Virus record (IMG/VR): IMGVR_UViG_3300028633_000021 | Span: 1 to 37,440 of that record | Reading direction: 5' to 3' (one strand) | Length of the DNA: 37,440 nucleotides | Source: a virus | Taxonomy: Duplodnaviria > Caudoviricetes | Shown here: positions 6,683 to 15,873 of the stretch, one piece after another | Layout of the letters: every line of letters starts with the position of its first letter | Position numbering within the stretch: the stretch's first letter is position 1 | The notes under the pieces: model-generated | Told to the model about the DNA's origin: nothing | Databases searched by the model: none | What the model saw: only the letters and a program-made list of their open reading frames with translations | Position numbers and translations under genes: made by a program

Positions 6683-9099
6683 CCGCACTGGCCACCGTCG
6701 ACCGCGCCGAGGCTCTGCGGCAGCAGGTCGCGCTGATGCGCCAGCTGGAGAAGCTGCGGGCGCGGCAGAAGATCCTCACCTACTACCCGGAAACCGGGCC
6801 GCTGCGGCGCGAGCTGTACCCGCAGCACATGCAGTTCTTCGAGCTGGGCGCGCAGGTGCCCACGCGGTGCTTCATGGCGGCCAACCGGGTGGGAAAGACC
6901 GAGGGCGCCGGCGGCTACGAGATGGTGTGCCACCTGACGGGGCAGTACCCGGCCTGGTGGCCTGGCCGGCGCTTCACGACGCCGGTGGATGCCTGGTGCG
7001 CGGGTGACACCAAGGAGACGGTGCGGGACATTCTGCAGTTGAAGCTGGTGGGCCCTGAAGGCGCCTTCGGCACGGGCCTGATCCCGGGCGAGTCGCTGAT
7101 CAACGCGGTGAAGCGCCAGAACGGCAACGGGGCGCTGGACTACGTGCTGGTGAAGCACAAGCCGACGGGCCAGGTGTCGCGGCTGGGCTTCAAGTCCTAC
7201 GACCAGGGCCGCGAGGCCTTCCAGGGCACCGAGAAGCACGTGGTGTGGCTGGACGAGGAGAGCAACGAGTCGGTGCGCTCCGAGTGCGTGATGCGCCTGA
7301 TGACCACGAACGGGCTGCTGATCGAGACGTTCACGCCGCTGCGGGGCTTGACGCCCATCGTGCTGCAGTACCTGGGCGACGACGCCGGGGTGCCGAAAGA
7401 GCGCATGGCGGTCAGCCAGGACCGGGCCATCGTGTTCGCGGGCTGGGACGACGTGCCTCACCTGAGCGCGGACCAGAAGCGCCGGCTGCTGGCCGAGTCC
7501 GAGCCGCACCTGCGGCTGGCGCGCTCCAAGGGCATTCCGAGCCTGGGCTCGGGCGCGATCTACCCGGTCGAAGAAACCGAGATCATCGTCGACGACTTCG
7601 TGCTGCCGGCGCACTGGCCGCGGGCCTACGGCCTGGACGTGGGCTGGAACCGCACCGCGGCCATCTTCGGCGCGATCGACCGCGACGCGGACGTGGTGTA
7701 TCTGTACTCCGAGCACTACCAGGGGCAGCAGGAGCCGAGCACGCACGTGGCGGCCATCAAGGCGCGCGGCGAGCTGAAGGGCGTCATCGACCCGGCCTCG
7801 CGCGGGCGCTCGCAGAAGGACGGCGAGCAGCTGCTGATCGACTACCAGCAGCTGGGCCTGGACATCCTCACGGCCAACAACAGCCGCGAGTCGGGCCTCT
7901 ACAACGTGCACCAGCGCCTGGCCACCGGCCGGCTGAAGGTGTTTCGCTCGCTGCGCAACTGGCTGCGCGAGTACCGGATCTACCGGCGAGATGAGAAGGG
8001 GCACGTCGTGAAAGAAAACGATCACTTGATGGACGCCTGCGTGACTGGCGACACGCTTGTCTGGACCGATGAGGGCCGCAAGCCAATCGAGTTGCTGGTC
8101 GGCTGCAGAGGGCGCGTGCTGTCGCGCGCCGGCGCACTGTGCGAGTTCATCGGCGCACGCAAGACCATCGAAAACACGCCCGTTGTGCGCGTTGAGTTTG
8201 AAAATGGGTCAGCCGTACGGTGCACGCCAGACCACCCCTTTTTGACGTCGGCCGGATGGGTCGAAGCACGGCATTTGCAGGGACTGGAGGTTTACAATGC
8301 GGTATCGCAAAGCATCCAGGTTGACGCATGGAAGTCATCGTTGTCTCGGCCACCGTTCAGGAGTTTGAGGGCCTTCGCTACTGGCGCTGCGGCAAGTATT
8401 TCCAGCGCTACGGCGCGCGCCTGCATCGCGTTGTCTGGACTCGCGCGAATGGGCGCGACGTGCCTGATGGGTACGACGTTCACCATGACGACGAGGACCG
8501 CAGCAACAACCAGCCGGGGAACCTTGTGCTCATGGCCAAAGCCGAGCACGCGGCCCACCATCACGCGGGGCATGAGCGAGGCATCCCGTCCGCAGCAACC
8601 GATGCAGCGCGTGACTGGCACGCATCCGATGCCGGCCGCGAGTGGCACCGACGGCACTACGCCGGAGTCGCCGACAAGCTGCACCAGCGCGTCAGCATGC
8701 GATGCGCTCAGTGCGGCGGCACGTTCGATGGCGTGGTCAACGGCCTCACGAGGTTCTGCAGCAACGGCTGCAAGACCAAGCACCGCAAGGCGTCTGGTGT
8801 TGACGATGAGCAACGCGCTTGCATGGTCTGTGGCAGCAGCTTCGTGGCGAATCGCTACGCGGCGAAGTCCACATGCTCGCGCCGATGCTCTGCTGCGCTG
8901 TGCAGCCGTACAAAACTCGGGCAACGCTGACGTCTACTGCCTGACGGTCCCAGGCCCCGGCGCGTTTGCGATCGGGCCCGGCTTGGTCGTGCACAACACG
9001 CGCTACTTCGTCGTGTCCGGTCTGGACGTGGCCACCGTGCCGATCACCCAGGCCAATGCCGCCGCGTTCCGCAACAAGCGCCGTCGGAAGGTCGCATGA
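6679..9099 (+). CDS. terL: Terminase large subunit precursor with an intein (806 aa; 486 aa after splicing)
   Basis: Walker A AANRVGKT, Walker B VWLDEE, nuclease motifs YGLDVG and DHLMDA|TRY split by the intein. Confidence 0.95.
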   Translation: MTALATVDRAEALRQQVALMRQLEKLRARQKILTYYPETGPLRRELYPQHMQFFELGAQVPTRCFMAANRVGKTEGAGGYEMVCHLTGQYPAWWPGRRFTTPVDAWCAGDTKETVRDILQLKLVGPEGAFGTGLIPGESLINAVKRQNGNGALDYVLVKHKPTGQVSRLGFKSYDQGREAFQGTEKHVVWLDEESNESVRSECVMRLMTTNGLLIETFTPLRGLTPIVLQYLGDDAGVPKERMAVSQDRAIVFAGWDDVPHLSADQKRRLLAESEPHLRLARSKGIPSLGSGAIYPVEETEIIVDDFVLPAHWPRAYGLDVGWNRTAAIFGAIDRDADVVYLYSEHYQGQQEPSTHVAAIKARGELKGVIDPASRGRSQKDGEQLLIDYQQLGLDILTANNSRESGLYNVHQRLATGRLKVFRSLRNWLREYRIYRRDEKGHVVKENDHLMDACVTGDTLVWTDEGRKPIELLVGCRGRVLSRAGALCEFIGARKTIENTPVVRVEFENGSAVRCTPDHPFLTSAGWVEARHLQGLEVYNAVSQSIQVDAWKSSLSRPPFRSLRAFATGAAASISSATARACIALSGLARMGATCLMGTTFTMTTRTAATTSRGTLCSWPKPSTRPTITRGMSEASRPQQPMQRVTGTHPMPAASGTDGTTPESPTSCTSASACDALSAAARSMAWSTASRGSAATAARPSTARRLVLTMSNALAWSVAAASWRIATRRSPHARADALLRCAAVQNSGNADVYCLTVPGPGAFAIGPGLVVHNTRYFVVSGLDVATVPITQANAAAFRNKRRRKVA
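8038..8997 (+). mobile_element. Intein (320 aa, residues 454-773) inserted in the terL nuclease motif DA/TRY
   Basis: Block A CVTGDTLV, block B CTPDHPFLT, block F DVYCLTV, block G VVHN followed by +1 Thr. Confidence 0.93.
8328..8930 (+). CDS. HNH homing endonuclease with C-terminal zinc fingers, nested in a different frame inside the intein, 200 aa
   Basis: LHRVVW...VHHDDEDRSNNQPGNL...EH..HH plus CAQC/FCSNGC/CMVC/CSRRC. It is in frame 3 while the intein is in frame 1. Confidence 0.88.
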   Translation: MEVIVVSATVQEFEGLRYWRCGKYFQRYGARLHRVVWTRANGRDVPDGYDVHHDDEDRSNNQPGNLVLMAKAEHAAHHHAGHERGIPSAATDAARDWHASDAGREWHRRHYAGVADKLHQRVSMRCAQCGGTFDGVVNGLTRFCSNGCKTKHRKASGVDDEQRACMVCGSSFVANRYAAKSTCSRRCSAALCSRTKLGQR

Positions 9100-11165
9100 G
9101 CATCACCCCGATCAAGCCCGACAACGCGGTTGCGGGCGACTGGCGCGACAAGGCCAAGGACGGCTTTGACCTGCGCTCGCTGGAGCGCCTGGTGCGCGAC
9201 TGCGAGGACCAGCCCGACCGCTGGCGGCTGCGCTCGGACCTGTGCCACGCCTACTACGACGGCAAGCAGCTGACGGCCGAGCAGGAGGAGTTCGTGGCGG
9301 CCGAGGGCCTGAAGCCGCGCTCGACCAACCTGATTGGCCGTGTCGTGAACTCGGTGCTGGGCCAGGAGGCGCGCAACCGGGCCGACGTGAAGATCCAGAG
9401 CGACAGCGAGGAGCTGGGCGACGTGGTGGACGTGCTCAACGTGGCCTTCAAGGAGGCGCAGCGCGAGAGCTACGCCGACATGGCCATCAGCACGGGCTAC
9501 GCGGGCCAGGTCAAGGGCGGCATCGGCTGGGTGGAGGTGTCGCGCGACTCGGACCCGCTGAACTACCCGTACCGCGTGCGAGACGTGCATCGGTCGGAGA
9601 TGTGGTGGGACTGGCGCAGCCGGGACTTCCTGCTGCGCGACGCGCGCTGGGTGTGCCGTTCGCAGTGGCACGACCTGGACGAGCTGCAGGCGGCCATGCC
9701 CAAGCACAAGGCCATCCTGGCCATGCTGGCCAACCAGTGGGAAGGCTGGGCCGAGAACGCGCTGGTGCACGACACCGAGATGCCCGAGGAGATGGTGCGG
9801 GCCTTCGACGACTTCAGGCGCTTCCGTGTGCGTTCGAACGAGTGGCTGGACTCGATGCGCCAGCGCGTGCGGCTGTACGAGGTCTGGTACAAGGTGCCGG
9901 CCTACGCCGTGGTGCTGCGCATGGGCCCCACGCGGGTCATCCTGTACGACAGCAAGAACCCGCTGCACCAGCAGGCCGTGGCCCGCGGCCTGGTGAAGGT
10001 CGAGCGTGTGCTCACGCGGCAGGTGCGCAAGGCCATCTTCGCCGGCCCGTACCGGCTGACCGACGAGGGCACGACGCGGCGCAACTTCCCCTACGTGCCC
10101 TTCTTCGCCTTCCGCGACGACCAGGATTCGTCGCCCTACGGGCTGATCGAGGGAATGATCGCCCCGCAGGATGAGTACAACGAGCGCCGGCTGCGCATCC
10201 AGTGGCTGCTGAAGGCCCGCCAGATCTTGGTGGACAACGACGCGCTGGACGCGAAGTACAACAACTACGAAGACCTGGCCGACGAGGCGCAGCGGCCCGA
10301 CATGGTGCTGGTGCGCAACGCGGCGCGGCGCAACGCAAACGGCGTGGAGATCATGTCGAACTTCAGCCTGCAGAAGGAGCAGGTCGAGGTGATGCAGGAC
10401 GCCAAGAACCTGATCCAAGACGTGTCGGGGGTGTACCCGGTGCAGATGGGGCAGGCGCAGTCGGGCGTGACCGCTGGCGTGGCCATCGCGGGCCTGGTGG
10501 AGCAGGGCATCGTGGCGATGGGCGAACTCAACGACAACTACCGCAACTCGCGGCGGATGGTCTTCGAGAACCTGATGGACCTGATCGTCGACGACCACAG
10601 CGCGGCCGAGCTGCGCGTGATGATCGGTGAGGCTTCGTCGCGGCGCGTGGTGGTGCTCAACACCTTCGACCCGCAGGGCATGCCCGTGAACATGGTCAAG
10701 GACGCGCCGATCCGCATGGGCATGTCCGACGTGCCGAACTCGCCGGCGGCGCGCATGCAGCAGCAGACCCAGATCAGCGAAATCATCAAGTCGCTGGGCA
10801 ACATGCCGCAGGCCGTGGCCGTGCTGGTGCCGCCTTTCCTCGAATCCAGTGCGCTGGACACCGAGACGCGCCGCCAGGCCGCCGAGGACTTCCGCAAGGT
10901 CATGGGCCTGCCGGCCGGTGGCGACAAGCAGGCACGCCTGGAGGCCGACAAGGCCGCCGCGGCGGCCGCGCAGGAGGCCAAGGCAGTTCAGCAGCAGGCG
11001 CAGCAAGCCGAGCTCGACGAGCAGCGGGCCAAGGTGGCCAAGCTCGTGAGCGCGGCCGAGCTGGACGTGGCCAAGGTCGAGGAGATCAGGGCCCGCATCG
11101 AGCAGCAGGAACAGAGCATCAACGACGCGCTGGCTGAAGCCGACGCACCAGGAGCAAACGCATGA
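9096..11165 (+). CDS. Portal protein (P22-like), 689 aa
   Basis: Directly after terL; YYDGKQ, NLIG..VNSVLG, FPYVPF, PYGLI..MI.PQDEYN; C-terminal coiled coil. Confidence 0.9.
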   Translation: MSITPIKPDNAVAGDWRDKAKDGFDLRSLERLVRDCEDQPDRWRLRSDLCHAYYDGKQLTAEQEEFVAAEGLKPRSTNLIGRVVNSVLGQEARNRADVKIQSDSEELGDVVDVLNVAFKEAQRESYADMAISTGYAGQVKGGIGWVEVSRDSDPLNYPYRVRDVHRSEMWWDWRSRDFLLRDARWVCRSQWHDLDELQAAMPKHKAILAMLANQWEGWAENALVHDTEMPEEMVRAFDDFRRFRVRSNEWLDSMRQRVRLYEVWYKVPAYAVVLRMGPTRVILYDSKNPLHQQAVARGLVKVERVLTRQVRKAIFAGPYRLTDEGTTRRNFPYVPFFAFRDDQDSSPYGLIEGMIAPQDEYNERRLRIQWLLKARQILVDNDALDAKYNNYEDLADEAQRPDMVLVRNAARRNANGVEIMSNFSLQKEQVEVMQDAKNLIQDVSGVYPVQMGQAQSGVTAGVAIAGLVEQGIVAMGELNDNYRNSRRMVFENLMDLIVDDHSAAELRVMIGEASSRRVVVLNTFDPQGMPVNMVKDAPIRMGMSDVPNSPAARMQQQTQISEIIKSLGNMPQAVAVLVPPFLESSALDTETRRQAAEDFRKVMGLPAGGDKQARLEADKAAAAAAQEAKAVQQQAQQAELDEQRAKVAKLVSAAELDVAKVEEIRARIEQQEQSINDALAEADAPGANA

Positions 11166-12703
11166 CCATTCAACTTGTCTCGGCCGCGCAGGTGGCCAAC
11201 TCGCCAGGCCGACCCGGCGTGATCTACGTGCTCAACGTGCCGCCGCACACGGCCTACGTGTGGGATGGCAGCGAGATGCGGCCTGCGTCAGGCTTTTCCA
11301 CTGCGCAAGTGGCGGCGGTGCTGGCCCGCACGCCGGGGTTTGCGAGTGTCGGCAAGCGCGTGTTCGCGCTGCTGGACTCCATCGGCCATCGGCAGTTCCT
11401 GCAGATCAACGGGGCGAGCCCGGTCAATAGCGGCACCGACGTGACGATCGCGGCTTCCAGCCAAGGTCTGCCTGTCGGGTCGCTGGCCCGCCTGGTGAAC
11501 GTGCCGGAACTGCGCGAGTACAAGGCGACCATCGTCGCAAGCGATGCGGCTGGATTCACGCTGCGGTATCCGTTCGACATCTCCGCCGTGTCGATCGTTT
11601 CACCCTCGGTCTACGCCGAAGCCAAGCTCAGCGATTCCGGCTGGATCAACTACGCGCTGGCAGCGCTGGCCGAGCGCGGCACGCCGGCGGCGCTGTTCTA
11701 CACAGCGGCTGTGGGCGGCGCCAAGATCGCGGAAATGCGGGCTCGATTCGAGTCCGAGATCGTGCCGCTGGGCCCGCAGCCGGGTGACATCCTGATTTGC
11801 GGCCCGACCATCAACGACATCGAGGCCACGGCGACCGACACCATCGTCTCCGAGCTGTCGCAGCTGTACGACCGGGCGCTGAAGTTCGGGATGATCGTTC
11901 ACACCGGAGTGATCACTCAGGTCGGCGCCAGCAGCTACTTCACGACGCCGGCCACGGCGCTGACGCAGATCCTCGACGTCAACCAGGCCGTCATCAACAA
12001 GGCGCGCTCCAAACCCAACATGCGGGTGTTTCGCGGCGACCTGGCGCTGGGCGGCGGCAGCTATGCCACGGCCGGCACGACCGAGGCTGCTGGCTCGCAC
12101 CCGACGCCGGCAGGCGCGGCGCCGATGGGTGCCAGGTACATCACCGACTGCGGCGACGACTATCCGCGTGGCGAGGTGTACCGCTACGCGTCCAACGCCG
12201 ACAACTGGGTGAATTCGGAGTCTCGCAACAAGGTCGCAAACTGCCAGTTTGCCGGCGCCTCTGGCGCAGCGCCAGGCACTGGCTGGACCGCAACCGGGAC
12301 AGGCAACACCTTCACGAGCGATGCCCTGGGGCTGAACTGGACCAAGGCCGCCGCGGGGACCAATTCATCGACGGTCGTTCAGGACGTGACCGCACGGCTC
12401 ACGGCAGGGGAGACCTATGAATTCGGCAACGGGCTGGAGGTGCTCTCTGTCGGTCAGGGCCACTACTTCCGCGCGGAGCTGGTGTTCATCGTCGGCGGCA
12501 TTGAATATGCCTACACCATCGGCCGCGACCAATTCACCGTTGCGAACGGCGGGAGCCTGCCACCGGTTGGCACCAAGTGGCTGAATCGACACACGGCGCT
12601 TGTGCCGGTCGGGTTCACGCAAGCGCTGTTGCGCTTTTCGTTGCAGCAGGTTGGTGTGGGGTCGACGCAGATTCGCGTGTCTGAGCCGGTGATCTTCACC
12701 TGA
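11162..12703 (+). CDS. SGNH/GDSL-hydrolase-like protein with a C-terminal beta-sandwich, 513 aa
   Basis: Block-like motifs LLDSI, VGGA, PTIND, GSHPTPAG; C-terminal beta-rich domain (N..FAG...P.TGW). Confidence 0.65.
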   Translation: MTIQLVSAAQVANSPGRPGVIYVLNVPPHTAYVWDGSEMRPASGFSTAQVAAVLARTPGFASVGKRVFALLDSIGHRQFLQINGASPVNSGTDVTIAASSQGLPVGSLARLVNVPELREYKATIVASDAAGFTLRYPFDISAVSIVSPSVYAEAKLSDSGWINYALAALAERGTPAALFYTAAVGGAKIAEMRARFESEIVPLGPQPGDILICGPTINDIEATATDTIVSELSQLYDRALKFGMIVHTGVITQVGASSYFTTPATALTQILDVNQAVINKARSKPNMRVFRGDLALGGGSYATAGTTEAAGSHPTPAGAAPMGARYITDCGDDYPRGEVYRYASNADNWVNSESRNKVANCQFAGASGAAPGTGWTATGTGNTFTSDALGLNWTKAAAGTNSSTVVQDVTARLTAGETYEFGNGLEVLSVGQGHYFRAELVFIVGGIEYAYTIGRDQFTVANGGSLPPVGTKWLNRHTALVPVGFTQALLRFSLQQVGVGSTQIRVSEPVIFT

Positions 12704-12929
12704 CCATGCCCACCCACTCCATCACCGGCGACCTGCGCCACGGCACACAGTGCATCGGCTATGTCGGCACGGCTGACAACGCGGTGAGGCGCTGACGTGG
12801 CGCTCAAGTTACTCCTTTAAGACTTTTCAGCCGCCGCACCCTGTAGCCACAGGGGTGCGGCGTGTACCGCGGGGCAGCCGCGCGCCTGGACTCATCCACC
12901 AGTCGCGCGTGAACTTCAGGATGGAACTT

Positions 12930-12970
12930 CAAAGGCCTCTCCGGGCAACCGGCGAGGCCTTTGTCGTTTC
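12930..12970 (+). terminator. Hairpin / terminator-like element upstream of the scaffold gene
   Basis: CAAAGGCCTC-T-CCGG-GCAA-CCGG-C-GAGGCCTTTG followed by TCGTTTC. Confidence 0.55.
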
Positions 12971-13002
12971 GGGGCCGCCCCCGTATGGCGCAGGAGCGAT
13001 AG

Positions 13003-13923
13003 ATGGACGAGAACGATCTCACCCCCGAGGAGCTGGCAGCGTTCGAGAAGCAGTTGCTCTCGGACCTGAAGCCCGACGCGGACGACCCGGTGTTTGAGCG
13101 GCAGGCCCCGGGAGGCGACCAGCCCCCGGCGAGCGCGCCGCCAGCGCCGACACCGCCCGCGGCACCGGCCCCGGCAGCAGCCCCGACCGCCGCTGCACCC
13201 GCAGCACCTGCCGCACCTGCACCCGCAGGGACGCCGGCCGAGCCCGACCTGGGCGACCCGCGCGCGGCGCTTCGTGCGTCGCGCCGGTCGGAGCGCCAGG
13301 CCAGGGAACGCGCCGAGCAGCGCGAACGCGAGAACGAGCAGCTGCGCAAGCAGCTTGCCGAACTGCGCGGCACGCCGGCAACGCCCGAAGGGGTGGACCC
13401 GGAGATGGCCGCGCTGGAACTCGACGTTCCAGGCGTAGCGCCCGTGGTCAAGCGGCTGCTGAACGAGGTGAAAGAACTGAGGCAGCAGATCGCCGCACCG
13501 AAGCAGGCCCCCGAGCCCGACTTCGTGCCCGAGAGACTGCACGAGGCCTTGCAAGAGATCGTCGACGACATCCCCCAGCTGCTGGCATGGCAGACCAGCC
13601 CACGGTTCAAGGACCACTGGGAACTGGCCAAGGCCACCGACCTTGCGCTGACGAAGCACCGGGACTGGAAAGACAAGCCCGAGGCCGAACGGCTGCAAGA
13701 GACGGCGCGCCGCGTCGCCGCCGAGCTGGGCGCTCCCTCTCCCACACCACCGGCACCTGCACCCACGCGGGCCGCACAGCGCATTCAGGACGCCCCCGAG
13801 CGTGGCCTGGAAACGCTGTCGGACCTGCGCGGTGGCGTGGTGCCTTCCACATCCACGGGCCAGGACTTCTACGCGATGAAGTCCGACGAGGAAGTGATGG
13901 CCGCGCTCGAAAAGCTGCGCTGA
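13003..13923 (+). CDS. Capsid scaffolding protein, 306 aa
   Basis: AGGAG RBS; acidic, Pro/Ala-rich and coiled-coil; directly upstream of the capsid gene. Confidence 0.75.
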   Translation: MDENDLTPEELAAFEKQLLSDLKPDADDPVFERQAPGGDQPPASAPPAPTPPAAPAPAAAPTAAAPAAPAAPAPAGTPAEPDLGDPRAALRASRRSERQARERAEQRERENEQLRKQLAELRGTPATPEGVDPEMAALELDVPGVAPVVKRLLNEVKELRQQIAAPKQAPEPDFVPERLHEALQEIVDDIPQLLAWQTSPRFKDHWELAKATDLALTKHRDWKDKPEAERLQETARRVAAELGAPSPTPPAPAPTRAAQRIQDAPERGLETLSDLRGGVVPSTSTGQDFYAMKSDEEVMAALEKLR

Positions 13924-13961
13924 CCACACCTCCGGGCCCCAAGTTCAAGGACACCTGAATC

Positions 13962-15263
13962 ATGGGTCAAACCAACGTTTCGGCGAGCAGCCCGCTCGCC
14001 AACAAGCAGTTCTCGCGCGCCCTGTCGGCGATGGCCGTGCGTCAGCCGACGCCGGTTCGTTCGCTGACCGGCCCGATGCCGAGCCACGACGACGCGATGC
14101 GCAAGATCCGTCAGCAAAGCACGACCGAAATGCCGATCGTGCGAGTCGACGAACTCTCCAAGGGCCCCGGCACGCTGGTGCAGGTCGACTGCGCGCACGT
14201 GGTGAAGCTGCGGGCCGTCATGGGCGACCGCAACGCCGAGGGCCTGGGCGCCGAGATGAAGTACAGCTCGGTCGACATCAACATCGACATGAGCACCATC
14301 CCGGTGAGCGCCGGCGGCAAGATGACGCAGCAGCGCACGCCGCACAGCATGCGCATGAACGCGCTGGCCCAGCTGAAGGGCGGCATGCCGCGCTTTCGCT
14401 GGCAGCGCATCCTGACGCACCTGGCCGGCGCCCGGGGCGAGCAGGACGGCACCGACTGGATCGTGCCGCTGGCCAGCGATCCCGAGTTCGCCGAGCAGAT
14501 GATCAACCCGGTGAAGGCGCCGACCTACAACCGCCACTGGGTGGTCGATGGCTCGACGCTGGTGCAGGGCGGGGCGCAACTGGCCTCGGTCGACACCACC
14601 GACAAGATGCTGCTGGCGCACATCGACGAGCTGGCGGCCCTGTGGGACGAGATGCCCGTGAAGATGGCGCACCTGCAGATCCCGGGTGACGACGCGGCCG
14701 GCGAGGACATGATCAAGGGCGTGCTGTACGTCGACCCCCTGGTCTGGGACGCGATCATCACGGACAACACGGCCAACAACAACATCCGCACCTTCCAGGC
14801 CAACGCGCTGGACCGGGCGGCCTACGGCAACATGGGTCGCCACCCGCTGTTCGCCGGCAAGCCGCTGCTGTGGAACGGCATCCTGGTGCGCAAGATGTCC
14901 TACGGCATCCGCTTCAGCGCCAGCGCCGCCGTGGCGCACGTGACCGCAGCCAACCGCCTGGCAGCCACCGAAACCAACGTGACGGTGGCCGCGGGCCTGT
15001 CGACCACGCACCAGGTGGCGCGCTCGATCTTCCTGGGCGCGCAGGCACTGGCCATGTGCTCGGGCGGCAACCAGACCAGCGAGGAAACCTACTCGCTGCT
15101 GGAGAACCGCACGAACTTCGGCCGCAACCTGGAGATGGCCGGCGAGGTGATCGGCGCGGAGCAAAAGCTGCGCTGGAGCCTGCCGAACGCCAGCGGCGAC
15201 CTGGAGGCCACCGACTTCGGCGTGGCCATCATCGACAGCGTGGTGCGCAAGCGCAACGTGTGA
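13962..15263 (+). CDS. Major capsid protein (N4-gp56/DUF4043-like), 433 aa
   Basis: PIVRVDELSKG.G, MGD...EG, GGKMTQQRT, HPLF.G, RSIFLGAQALA, DFGV..ID motifs; size and position. Confidence 0.88.
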   Translation: MGQTNVSASSPLANKQFSRALSAMAVRQPTPVRSLTGPMPSHDDAMRKIRQQSTTEMPIVRVDELSKGPGTLVQVDCAHVVKLRAVMGDRNAEGLGAEMKYSSVDINIDMSTIPVSAGGKMTQQRTPHSMRMNALAQLKGGMPRFRWQRILTHLAGARGEQDGTDWIVPLASDPEFAEQMINPVKAPTYNRHWVVDGSTLVQGGAQLASVDTTDKMLLAHIDELAALWDEMPVKMAHLQIPGDDAAGEDMIKGVLYVDPLVWDAIITDNTANNNIRTFQANALDRAAYGNMGRHPLFAGKPLLWNGILVRKMSYGIRFSASAAVAHVTAANRLAATETNVTVAAGLSTTHQVARSIFLGAQALAMCSGGNQTSEETYSLLENRTNFGRNLEMAGEVIGAEQKLRWSLPNASGDLEATDFGVAIIDSVVRKRNV

Positions 15264-15292
15264 TGAAGGCGGGCCTTCGGGCCTGCGTCATC
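15262..15292 (+). other. C(UUCG)G tetraloop hairpin after the capsid stop (mRNA stability/attenuation)
   Basis: GATGA..GCGGGCC-TTCG-GGCCTGC.TCATC; no U-tract. Confidence 0.55.
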
Positions 15293-15323
15293 GAGTTTCA
15301 CCAACACTTTCAAGGAGCCTTTC

Positions 15324-15776
15324 ATGGCCCAAGTCAAGTCTGCCAAGTTCGCAGTCGCCAAGCTCAACAAGGGCGACGGCACTGGCGTGTTTCTCGTCGA
15401 CAAGCTGACGGTGGCGACCAACCCGGTCGCCAACGACACGCTGGACTTCGTGATCCCGAAGGGCATCGAAGTCACGGGCATCAAGTTCAACCACACGGCC
15501 CTGGCCGCCTCCGGCCTGGCCGGCAAGGTCGGCTTCGCGTCCCTCACCGGCGCGGCGACGGTCAAGGCCAACGGCACGGACCTCGCCACCGACGACGACT
15601 ACTTCCGCGCTGCCGGCACCTTCGGCCTCACGGCCACGGGGTTCGACTGCTACTTCCCGCCCATCACGTTCGAGGAGGACGTGCTGCTGCGGCTGACGGT
15701 GACGGTGACGGCAACGTCGTTCGCCGCCGGCTCGCTGTGGTCGGTCATCGAGGGCGGCCAGGTCGGCGTCAAGTAA
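15324..15776 (+). CDS. Capsid decoration/cement-like protein, 150 aa
   Basis: AAGGAG RBS, beta-rich, directly after the capsid gene and before a terminator. Confidence 0.65.
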   Translation: MAQVKSAKFAVAKLNKGDGTGVFLVDKLTVATNPVANDTLDFVIPKGIEVTGIKFNHTALAASGLAGKVGFASLTGAATVKANGTDLATDDDYFRAAGTFGLTATGFDCYFPPITFEEDVLLRLTVTVTATSFAAGSLWSVIEGGQVGVK

Positions 15777-15820
15777 CCGGGCATCGGTTGTCTCCCCGCG
15801 GCCTCGCGTCGCGGTTGCCA

Positions 15821-15852
15821 GGGGCGGTCCTTCGCAGGGCCGCCCCTTTTTT
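15821..15852 (+). terminator. Intrinsic terminator
   Basis: GGGGCGGTCCT-TCGC-AGGGCCGCCCC-TTTTTT. Confidence 0.9.
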
Positions 15853-15873
15853 CTGGACGCAAGGAGGCCTTCG

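Noticed and set aside
8292-8924. 210-aa minus-strand ORF across the intein interior
   Set aside because: It is the codon-aligned antisense of the open intein frame, with no RBS or motif; not counted as a third gene.
13120-13240. Pro/Ala repeats in the scaffold gene
   Set aside because: Ordinary low-complexity scaffold linker; the alternative frames have no RBS-supported ORF.
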